19,781 nt of DNA from NCBI GenBank assembly GCA_027319565.1, contig DAHVNA010000036.1, positions 1-19,781 on the forward strand, written 5' to 3'. The notes below the pieces were generated by a model, which saw nothing but the letters and a program-made list of their open reading frames with translations, ran no database searches and was not told where the DNA came from. Origin of the DNA: Elusimicrobiota bacterium (GTDB taxonomy: Bacteria > Elusimicrobiota > Elusimicrobia > UBA1565 > UBA9628). Shown in pieces: positions 1 through 7,347 of this stretch; position 1 is the first letter of the stretch, and each line of letters opens with the position of its first letter. The translations under genes were made by a program, and so were the position numbers.

Positions 1-110
1 CGATCTCGTTCGCGCGCCGCCCAGCGGAAGCCGTACCAAAGGCGCCGCTCGCAGCCCATGCCGATCGCTGACATGCCGAGATAGGCGCGCGGAAGCTCCG
101 CAGTGGCGCG
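1..110 (-). pseudogene. Fragment of a phage-type Cas4-like/PD-(D/E)XK exonuclease gene (N-terminal motif only), foreign high-GC sequence
   Basis: Manual minus-strand translation of 110..3 gives RATAELPRAYLGMSAIGMGCERRLWYGFRWAARERD. This resembles the R-x-[YH]-LG-x-S-x-IG-x-x-C-x-R-x-LWY-x-FRW N-terminal motif of phage Cas4-like exonucleases (recognised from memory). GC is 78/110 here against 47/110 at 131-240. There is no start codon between the upstream in-frame TAA (140-138) and the motif. Confidence 0.6.
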
Positions 111-391
111 GAGGGCTGAGCGGCGCGCCGTTGAGGTTTATTTCGACTCAAATAATCGCTAAAATCTACAGAATGACCCAAGGACAAATTCCCATTATAG
201 GAGTCGGCGGCGTTTTTTCGGGCGCGGACGCTTTTGAAAAAATCAGGGCCGGCGCGAGTTTAATTCAAATTTATACCGCCTTGGTATACCGGGGGCCGGG
301 GATTGTCTCTGAAATACTTTCGGATCTTGAGGAGATTCTTAAATCCAACGGGTTTGAAAGTTTATCCGCGGCGGTGGGGAGCGGAGCCTGA
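110..391 (+). CDS. pyrD: Quinone-dependent dihydroorotate dehydrogenase (class 2), C-terminal part only
   Basis: Extending the 131 ORF upstream gives GGLSGAPL at 110-133, then PIIGVGGV..DAFEKIRAGASLIQIYTALVYRGP, all class 2 PyrD motifs. The stop overlaps the pyrF start (TGATG). The 5' part of the gene is absent. Confidence 0.92.
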   Translation, partial: GGLSGAPLRFISTQIIAKIYRMTQGQIPIIGVGGVFSGADAFEKIRAGASLIQIYTALVYRGPGIVSEILSDLEEILKSNGFESLSAAVGSGA

Positions 392-1077
392 TGACGGAAC
401 TCATCGTCGCTTTAGATGTCGGAGATATCAAAAAAGAAGAAGCCTTGCTTAAAAATCTAAAAGGGACCGTTTATTTTTACAAGATTGGGCTTAAACTTTT
501 TATTTCCGAAGGGAAAAAAGCCGTTGAGATGGTTCATCATTATGGTGGAAAGGTGTTTTTAGATTTAAAACTATTGGATATCCCTCAAACGGTGGCCGGG
601 GCGGTCAAGGAAGCCGGGAAATTGGGGGTTGAATCAATTTCCGTTCATCTGTCCGGAGGGCCGGAGATGCTCAGAGCGGCGGCGGCGATTAGCCCTCGGC
701 CCAAACTGTGGGGAGTTTCTGTGTTGACGAGTTTCAGAAAAGAAGATGTTCGCATTTTTCATGAGCGCGCCAGCCTGACTTCTTTAGTTAAAAATTGGGC
801 GCATCTTGGCGTTAAAAATGGGGCGGATGCGATCGTCTGTTCCGGGCACGAAGTGGATTTTTTGCGTCGAGCTCTTAAAAATTTTTCTCCCAAATTCGTG
901 ACTCCGGGCATTCGCCCCGCGGGCGAAAAAGTTCATGACCAAAAACGGGTCATGACGCCGGAAGAAGCCGGGACCTTGGGAATTGATTTTATCGTCGTCG
1001 GGCGTCCTATTATCGAGGCTAAGGACCCCAAGGCGTCGGCGGAGAAAATCCTCGGCGCCCTGAAGTCCGTTAAATAA
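391..1077 (+). CDS. pyrF: Orotidine-5'-phosphate decarboxylase
   Basis: LIVALD, YKIG, the DxKxxD active site (FLDLKLLDIPQTV), VTPGIRP, DQKRVMTP and VVGRPI motifs; located in a pyr cluster. Confidence 0.97.
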   Translation: MTELIVALDVGDIKKEEALLKNLKGTVYFYKIGLKLFISEGKKAVEMVHHYGGKVFLDLKLLDIPQTVAGAVKEAGKLGVESISVHLSGGPEMLRAAAAISPRPKLWGVSVLTSFRKEDVRIFHERASLTSLVKNWAHLGVKNGADAIVCSGHEVDFLRRALKNFSPKFVTPGIRPAGEKVHDQKRVMTPEEAGTLGIDFIVVGRPIIEAKDPKASAEKILGALKSVK

Positions 1078-1093
1078 ATGATCTAGGAGATCA

Positions 1094-2077
1094 ATGAAAA
1101 AAATTTTAATGGCGGTTCTCTTCTGTTCTTTGGCTTTTCCCGCAGCGGCACAACAAAATAACAGCTTTCAAATATCGCCGGCTCCGATTCCATATCCCTA
1201 TTTTGAGTCGGGGCGATGGGACGGACAAATCAACGGAATGGGGGCCAGTCTTTCCGCTTCGGGATTTTCCGCCGGCTTAGGAGGGTTCTCGGGTTCCTTT
1301 CGCTATTCCTTTAACGATTTCTTGGCCTGGGATTTTGCCGGAAACATGGGAGTCGGCGGTTTTAACATGACGAGCGAAAGCCTTAAGGGGAGTATGGTCC
1401 TAGGCGGATTTTCAACGAATCTTGAGGCGCAACTGGGCGGCAAAAATGGCGGGTTGATTGTCTTTGGAGGGCCTTCCTTTGAAGGGTTTAATCTGACCAA
1501 TTCCGCCACGACCCTTCAATACGGTCAATTTGGATCCATGGGGGCTTTTTTAAGCGGCGGGCAATTCGGCGTTCAGGGAAATATCAAATTGGGCGACGCA
1601 GTTCGTTTGGCGCCCTTTGTGATGGTTCAATCCTTGGGAGGTTCGTCCTCGGTGACCGGAAATTTTGGCGGTGGCACTAATACGACAGTGACTTCTCAGA
1701 TTCCGGCCAATACCTCGACTTCTTACGGATTGGATATCCTCATTAACAATTGGAGTCTGGGGACCTTCCTTCAGGAGTTACAGCAATCCTCTAGTTCATC
1801 CAATAACGGCAATGTCCATATGGTCGTTTTCCAGGTGGGGTATAGCTTTGGAAATGCCGATCAGTTGGCGAAAGAAAAAGAGGAGGCAAGCTTAAACGGG
1901 CCGGGCTATCAAAATCAGAGCGCCCGTTGCCAGGAAATAGCCGCGCGGTGCAAAAACATTGATGGCAACTCCAAACGGGCTCGGTGGTGCAGTAGAATGT
2001 CAATCGCGGCGCATTGCCAGGCAAGCCCCGCAGAGCAGCAGCCTTCGCAGGATGAATTTCAAGCCCCGAAAATGTGA
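1094..2077 (+). CDS. Hypothetical outer-membrane beta-barrel protein with a Cys-containing C-terminal extension
   Basis: AGGAG RBS; Sec signal MKKILMAVLFCSLAFPAAA; Gly/aromatic-rich alternating strands ending in a beta-signal-like FQVGYSF; then a ~75-aa polar tail with 4 Cys. Confidence 0.7.
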   Translation: MKKILMAVLFCSLAFPAAAQQNNSFQISPAPIPYPYFESGRWDGQINGMGASLSASGFSAGLGGFSGSFRYSFNDFLAWDFAGNMGVGGFNMTSESLKGSMVLGGFSTNLEAQLGGKNGGLIVFGGPSFEGFNLTNSATTLQYGQFGSMGAFLSGGQFGVQGNIKLGDAVRLAPFVMVQSLGGSSSVTGNFGGGTNTTVTSQIPANTSTSYGLDILINNWSLGTFLQELQQSSSSSNNGNVHMVVFQVGYSFGNADQLAKEKEEASLNGPGYQNQSARCQEIAARCKNIDGNSKRARWCSRMSIAAHCQASPAEQQPSQDEFQAPKM

Positions 2078-2091
2078 ACATAGGAGATCTT

Positions 2092-3483
2092 ATGCGAACA
2101 TTGAGAACAAACTTCGTGTTTCTTTTCGCCCTATCCGCCGTTTTGGCGAGTTGCGCTCCCGCTCCGATTATTCGCGCAGTTCGCGCGGGAGATCAACAGA
2201 AAATTCAGGAAGAGGTAAGCCATGGAGATAATGTCAATGGAATGTATCATTCCCAAGATTTACGCTGGTGTTGGATTCCTGTCATCGGGATCATCGGCTA
2301 TCCTGGGCTGATTTGGTGTCCCATTCAGCAGGCGACGGACAAGTCAACCCCTCTCATTACGGCGATTGGGGAGGGAGATTTTAAAGCCGCGCGACTTTTG
2401 GTCGAGCATGGGGCGGATGTCAATTTACCGGCGAGATATTTCTACTTACGTTTGATTTCGGGGTTTCCCGAGACCTGTCCTTTAATTGAGGCGATAGAGT
2501 CTATCCATCTGAAGCAGTCCGTTCATATGTTTTTTAATGAAGAGTCCGCTGATGAGAAAGAGGCGTCTCGCTTTGTCAAATTTCTTATCAAGCACGGGGC
2601 CGATGTCAACCAATGCTCCTCTTCGCGAAATTTTTTTAACCTACCGCCGATGATTGCCGCCGCAGACGTTGGGAGCGTGGAAATTGCTCAAACGCTCTTA
2701 GACCACGGCGCCAATATTGAGGCGCTTGATCCTATTTGGGGCGGAACGCCTTTGATGTGGGCGGCATGGAGGGGACACGCGAAGATGGTCCAATTTTTGC
2801 TAGAGCATGGGGCTAATGTTCACGCGATAGCGGAGAGGTCTACGGATAAAACAGTCATGGATTGGGCGGAGTGCCCAAGTTCTCCGCATAATCCTCAAGT
2901 CATCGGCCTCATTGACTCGGCTTTGAGAAACAACGCGCCGGTGGAGGTCGCTTCAGCCGATTCTGCTCAGGGTTCGGCGGCTCCGTCAGGTTCTTTTTCC
3001 AGCGCAATTTTCAAAGCCGCGAGAAACGGAGATGATGACCGAGTGAGGGCTCTTCTTCGTCAGGGAGTGGATGTGAATTCAACTGACTCTTACGGTTTTA
3101 CTCCGCTGATGTGGGCGGCCTATGAGGGGCAAACCGATACCGCCGAGATATTGCTCAAGGCCGGCGCCCATCTGACGATGACCAATCGTGACGGCAACAA
3201 TGCCTTGATGATTGCCGCTGATAAGGGGCATTTGGATATGGTGAAGCTTCTTTTTAGGCATGGGGCTTCTTTAAACGCCCGCGATGAAAAAGGCTTTACG
3301 GCGCTGATGTGGGCCGAAAAAAGGCATCATCATGATGTGGTTCAATTTTTAAAGGAACATGGCGCGCGCGCGGCTCGAGTTCAGGGCCAGTTAAAGGGAA
3401 AATCCGAGACTAAAGAGATGGACGAAAAAACGCAGTCCTCGAAATCTCAGGAACCGGCGGATGTGGATTCGGTGTTGCCATGA
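2092..3483 (+). CDS. Ankyrin-repeat lipoprotein
   Basis: ATG at 2092 preferred over GTG at 2074 because AGGAG lies at 2082-2086. Lipobox VLAS-C (Cys codon 2152). Multiple ankyrin units (GxTPLMWAA..GH..MVxFLLxHGAxVN) in two blocks separated by an Ala/Ser linker. Confidence 0.92.
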   Translation: MRTLRTNFVFLFALSAVLASCAPAPIIRAVRAGDQQKIQEEVSHGDNVNGMYHSQDLRWCWIPVIGIIGYPGLIWCPIQQATDKSTPLITAIGEGDFKAARLLVEHGADVNLPARYFYLRLISGFPETCPLIEAIESIHLKQSVHMFFNEESADEKEASRFVKFLIKHGADVNQCSSSRNFFNLPPMIAAADVGSVEIAQTLLDHGANIEALDPIWGGTPLMWAAWRGHAKMVQFLLEHGANVHAIAERSTDKTVMDWAECPSSPHNPQVIGLIDSALRNNAPVEVASADSAQGSAAPSGSFSSAIFKAARNGDDDRVRALLRQGVDVNSTDSYGFTPLMWAAYEGQTDTAEILLKAGAHLTMTNRDGNNALMIAADKGHLDMVKLLFRHGASLNARDEKGFTALMWAEKRHHHDVVQFLKEHGARAARVQGQLKGKSETKEMDEKTQSSKSQEPADVDSVLP

Positions 3484-4052
3484 ATTCTGAGGAATTGAGA
3501 AAATTATTTATCGAGCGCGGAGCTCTTTTGCAAGGCCATTTCCTTTTATCTTCGGGCCTTCATAGCGGGCGATATCTTCAATGCGCGCTCCTTTTGTCCG
3601 ATCCAAAAATCGCGGAGCAGTTGGGAAAAGCTTTGGCGGAGAAGCTTAAGGAAAAACCGGATGTGGTTCTTTCTCCGGCCATCGGCGGCATCGTGATCGG
3701 CCAAGAAGTCGCCAAAGCCTTGGGGGTTCGCCATTTCTTCGCGGAGCGCGAAAATGGAAAGATGGTTTTGCGGCGCGGCTTTTTGTTATCTCAAGGGCAA
3801 AAATGCGTCGTCGTTGAAGACGTGGTGACTACCGGGGGCTCTTCCCAGGAAGTGATCGCTATGGCCGATTTAAAGGGAGTTAAAACCTTGTCGGTTTTGT
3901 CGATTGCCGATCGCGGATCGGGTTCCCATCAATTCAAGGTTCCATTTGAGAGCCTTCTTAAAATCCAGATTGAGAGCTTTAACCCGGCGGATTGTCCCCT
4001 CTGCCAAGAAGGGACACCGGCGGTTAAACCGGGAAGTCGAACCCAAAAATGA
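3480..4052 (+). CDS. pyrE: Orotate phosphoribosyltransferase
   Basis: GHFLLSSGLHSGRYLQC, PAIGGI, the FAER..LRRGF loop and the PRPP-binding motif VVVEDVVTTGGS; C-terminal CPLC..KPGSR typical of the ~190-aa PyrE type. Confidence 0.97.
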   Translation: MNSEELRKLFIERGALLQGHFLLSSGLHSGRYLQCALLLSDPKIAEQLGKALAEKLKEKPDVVLSPAIGGIVIGQEVAKALGVRHFFAERENGKMVLRRGFLLSQGQKCVVVEDVVTTGGSSQEVIAMADLKGVKTLSVLSIADRGSGSHQFKVPFESLLKIQIESFNPADCPLCQEGTPAVKPGSRTQK

Positions 4053-4067
4053 TAAACTCTCTTTGCT

Positions 4068-4174
4068 GTCACCCCGACGGAAGTCAGGGTCCAGTTTCTT
4101 AAACGACATCACCCCGGTAGTTTGTAAGCTGGGGTCCAGGTATATTCCTAAATTCCGGCAACAGCCGGAATGAC
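4068..4174. repeat. Cluster of three REP-like palindromic units (two direct, one inverted)
   Basis: Unit 1 at 4068-4094 is GTCACCCCGAC-GGAA-GTCAGGGTCCAG. Unit 2 at 4108-4139 is ATCACCCCGGT-loop-GCTGGGGTCCAG. Unit 3 at 4148-4174 reads GTCATTCCGGC-TGTT-GCCGGAATTTAG on the minus strand. All share a [GA]TCA-YYCCG...GGRRT-YYAG frame. Confidence 0.8.
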
Positions 4175-4207
4175 GAGGGGGGTGTGCGCTACAGCGCCGG
4201 ATTTCTT

Positions 4208-5179
4208 ATGAGTTTCAGCTATAAAAAATCTGGAGTCGATATTGATAAGGCTGATCAATTAGTCGACTTTATTCAAAAACGCGCGCCAGCGATCGGCGGA
4301 TTTTCCGGGCTTTTCGATTTGAAATTGGACGGCCCGGGACCCTATCAATTAGTGGCTTCAACCGACGGGGTGGGGACCAAACTTAAAATCGCCTTTGAGA
4401 TGAATCGTCATCATACCGTCGGCATCGACTTGGTCGCCATGTGCGTCAACGATCTCATCACCTGCGGATCTAAGCCGCTTTTTTTTCTGGATTATTACGC
4501 CACCGGACGGCTTAATCTTCAAAAATCAAAAAAAATTTTATCTGGAATTTTGGAAGGCTGCCGCCAGGGAAAAATGGCTCTTTTGGGCGGAGAAACCGCA
4601 GAAATGCCGGGGTTTTATCAGGACGGAGAGTATGATCTGGCGGGGTTTTCAGTCGGTATTGTTGCGAAGAAAAATCTTATCGATGGAAAAAAAATCGCTC
4701 CCGGAGACGTCATTTTAGGGCTTCCGTCTTCCGGCGTCCACTCAAACGGATTTTCTCTGGTCAGAAGCGTTTTTAAGGGTTCTCTTCTTAAAAAATATGC
4801 CTCCAAACTTTTGACTCCAACCCGGATTTACGTCTCCGATATTGAGAAACTCACACGCGGCCTTAAAAAGCGCCGCCATCAAATTTTGGGGCTGGCCCAT
4901 ATCACGGGAGGCGGCTTGATTGAAAACGTGCCGAGAATTCTGCCCCCCCAATGCCGCGCTTTTTTTGACCGCCGTTTGTGGCGGGTTCCGGAGATATTCC
5001 GCGAAATTCAGCGGCGGGGAAATGTTTCCGATTCTGATATGTGGAGAACTTTTAATATGGGAATAGGGATGGTCGTTATTCTCAGATCCAAAGCGGCTTT
5101 AGAAGCTCTTAAAATTTTGCCGGGCTCTTTGATCATCGGAGAAATCCGCAAGGGGATGAGTGGAGCGGAAATCCTATGA
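4208..5179 (+). CDS. purM: Phosphoribosylformylglycinamidine cyclo-ligase (AIR synthetase)
   Basis: SYKKSGVDID, GGFSGLF, STDGVGTK, GIDLVAMCVND, GGETAEMPG, SSGVHSNGFSL, AHITGGG and TFNMGIG motifs. ATG 4208 matches the usual N-terminus; GTG 4184 is an alternative start. Confidence 0.97.
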   Translation: MSFSYKKSGVDIDKADQLVDFIQKRAPAIGGFSGLFDLKLDGPGPYQLVASTDGVGTKLKIAFEMNRHHTVGIDLVAMCVNDLITCGSKPLFFLDYYATGRLNLQKSKKILSGILEGCRQGKMALLGGETAEMPGFYQDGEYDLAGFSVGIVAKKNLIDGKKIAPGDVILGLPSSGVHSNGFSLVRSVFKGSLLKKYASKLLTPTRIYVSDIEKLTRGLKKRRHQILGLAHITGGGLIENVPRILPPQCRAFFDRRLWRVPEIFREIQRRGNVSDSDMWRTFNMGIGMVVILRSKAALEALKILPGSLIIGEIRKGMSGAEIL

Positions 5180-7344
5180 AAAAAATCGCTGTTTTCGCCT
5201 CTGGGGAAGGGACGAATTTTCAGGCTTTATTTGACGCCGCAAAATCAAAAGGCTTGGGTGGCGAAATCGCTTTGCTTGTCTCAAGCCAGAAGAAGTCTGG
5301 GGTTCTTAAACGCGCGGCTCTCTCCGGAGTTGAATCTTTAGTTCTCAATCCTTCGGATTTTAAAAATCTTGAAGACTACGATCAACGCTTGGTTGAAGAA
5401 TGCCAAAAAAGAAAGATCGATTTAATTTGTCTGGCCGGGTTTATGATTCAAATCGGTCCTAAACTCATCAAGGCCTTCCCGTGGAAAATTTTAAACATTC
5501 ACCCTTCTTTATTGCCAGCTTTTGGCGGCAAGGGCCTTTACGGGCTGCGAGTTCATCAAGAGGTCATCAAGGCCGGAGTGAGGGTTTCGGGCTGTACCGT
5601 CCATTTAATCGATCAAGATTACGACCGCGGAAAAATTGTTCTTCAGGAAGCGGTTCCGGTTTTTGATTCCGATGACGCGCAAAGCTTGTCGGAAAGGGTT
5701 CAAGAAGTTGAGCATCGCCTCTATCCAAAAGCGGTGCAGTTTTTTCTAGAGGGAAAAATCGAGTTATTAGAAACGAGAGTGAAGATTAAAGCCTCCAAAG
5801 ATTCTGGGGACAAAAAGCGCGCTCTCATTTCGGTGTCGGATAAACGCGGGATTGTCGCCTTCGCCAAGGGTCTTGTCGATCTAGGATTTGAGATTGTTTC
5901 CAGCTCCGGTACCGCCGAAGTTTTGAAAAATAATGGAATACCGGTTTTGACGGTCGAAGAGATCACGGGATTTCCGGAAATTTTTTCCGGCCGGGTTAAA
6001 ACGCTCCATCCCCTCATTTTCGGCGGAATTTTGATGCGTCGCCATAATGAAGAAGACCTCAAAGACATGGTCCGGCATTCTATCGCTCCGATCGATTTAG
6101 TATGCGTGAATCTCTACCCGTTTTCGGAAACGGCCCAGAAAGCGGCTTCCGCTTTTGAGCCAGATGTTGTCGAGCAAATTGATATCGGCGGTGTTGCCCT
6201 CATTCGCGCCGCCGCGAAAAATTTTGAGCATGTCTCGGTGGTCGTTTCTCCGAAAGATTATCCGGAGGTCCTTAAAGAATTAGAGCTTGGAGCGGGGAAA
6301 TTGAGTTCGTCTTATCGCAAGATTTTATCCGCTCGGGCTTTTGAACATACCGCCTCTTATGACGCGGCGATTTCGGAAGCTTTTCAGTTCGAGAAAGAAT
6401 CATTTCCCCAGATAACGACTCTGCGGCTGTCCAAGATTCAAGACCTCCGCTACGGGGAGAATCCCCATCAGAAAGCGGCGCTTTATCTCCGGCTGGGAGA
6501 TGAACCCAGCTTTGAGCAATTGTCAGGAAAAGAATTGTCTTACAATAATCTGTTAGACGCCCAAGCCGCATGGGATTGCGTTTCGGATTTTGACGAACAC
6601 GCCTGCGCTATTTTTAAACATGCCACTCCCAGCGGAGTTGCGGCCCAAAAGACCTTGCCAGAGGCCTTTGACCGGGCATGGGAGGCCGATCCCCTCTCGG
6701 CTTTTGGATCTATCTTGGCGTTTAACCAAGTTGTCGGAGTTGAGATCGCGGAAAAATTGGCCAATCGGTTTGTGGAGGTCATCGAAGCCGTCGATTTCGA
6801 ATCGGGGGCTTTGACCCTTCTGATGAAAAAGCCGAATTTGAGAATTCTTCGCCGGAAGCTCAAAAAGGAGTCGCGGGTGCAGTGGCGTTCTTTGGGGACT
6901 GAAATTTTGGCAGGGGATCCGGACGCCTTGATCTGGGGAAAGGACTGGCAGGTGGTCAGTCAGCGCAAACCAAACAGTCAAGAAGAAAAGGCCTTGCGTT
7001 TTGCCTGGGTGGTTTCAAAACATGTTAGGTCCAACGCGATTGCCTTGACCGGCCCCGGGTTTACGGTGGGCCTTGGCGCGGGACAGATGTCCCGCGTTGA
7101 TTCAGTCCATCTGGCCGGAGTGAAGTTTAAGATGTGGCTAAAAAATCACGCGGAACCAAACCCCTTGGTTTTAGCTTCGGACGCCTTTTTCCCTTTTGCC
7201 GATGGTATTGAGGCGGCGGTGGGTTTGGGAATATCGGCCATTGTCCAGCCCGGGGGATCGGTCAGGGATTCGGAAGTTATTGACGCGGCCAATGGACACA
7301 ATATCGCAATGGTTTTTACGGGAATACGCCATTTCCGGCATTGA
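5176..7344 (+). CDS. purNH: Fused GAR transformylase (PurN) and AICAR transformylase/IMP cyclohydrolase (PurH)
   Basis: The first ~205 aa carry PurN motifs (IAVFASGEGTNFQA, LAGFM, NIHPSLLP, GCTVH, DRGKI). From 5818 the protein carries PurH motifs (RALISVSDK, GRVKTLHP, IDIGG..LIRAAAKN, LRYGENPHQ, GAGQMSRVDS, ASDAFFPF, FTGIRHFRH). One uninterrupted frame. Confidence 0.96.
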   Translation: MKKIAVFASGEGTNFQALFDAAKSKGLGGEIALLVSSQKKSGVLKRAALSGVESLVLNPSDFKNLEDYDQRLVEECQKRKIDLICLAGFMIQIGPKLIKAFPWKILNIHPSLLPAFGGKGLYGLRVHQEVIKAGVRVSGCTVHLIDQDYDRGKIVLQEAVPVFDSDDAQSLSERVQEVEHRLYPKAVQFFLEGKIELLETRVKIKASKDSGDKKRALISVSDKRGIVAFAKGLVDLGFEIVSSSGTAEVLKNNGIPVLTVEEITGFPEIFSGRVKTLHPLIFGGILMRRHNEEDLKDMVRHSIAPIDLVCVNLYPFSETAQKAASAFEPDVVEQIDIGGVALIRAAAKNFEHVSVVVSPKDYPEVLKELELGAGKLSSSYRKILSARAFEHTASYDAAISEAFQFEKESFPQITTLRLSKIQDLRYGENPHQKAALYLRLGDEPSFEQLSGKELSYNNLLDAQAAWDCVSDFDEHACAIFKHATPSGVAAQKTLPEAFDRAWEADPLSAFGSILAFNQVVGVEIAEKLANRFVEVIEAVDFESGALTLLMKKPNLRILRRKLKKESRVQWRSLGTEILAGDPDALIWGKDWQVVSQRKPNSQEEKALRFAWVVSKHVRSNAIALTGPGFTVGLGAGQMSRVDSVHLAGVKFKMWLKNHAEPNPLVLASDAFFPFADGIEAAVGLGISAIVQPGGSVRDSEVIDAANGHNIAMVFTGIRHFRH

Positions 7345-7347
7345 TTT

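Noticed and set aside
131..391. 86-aa ORF starting at TTG 131 as a complete gene
   Set aside because: It is the C-terminal part of PyrD; the conserved GGLSGAP lies in frame upstream of the TTG.
4068..4174. Mini CRISPR array
   Set aside because: The units differ in sequence and length, one is inverted, the spacers are only 8-13 bp and there are no cas genes.
4053..4207. Purine-related riboswitch (ZTP, PRPP, guanine) or PyrR attenuator before purM
   Set aside because: I could not find the conserved cores by eye, and the hairpins are explained by the repeated REP-like unit. An Rfam scan was not run.
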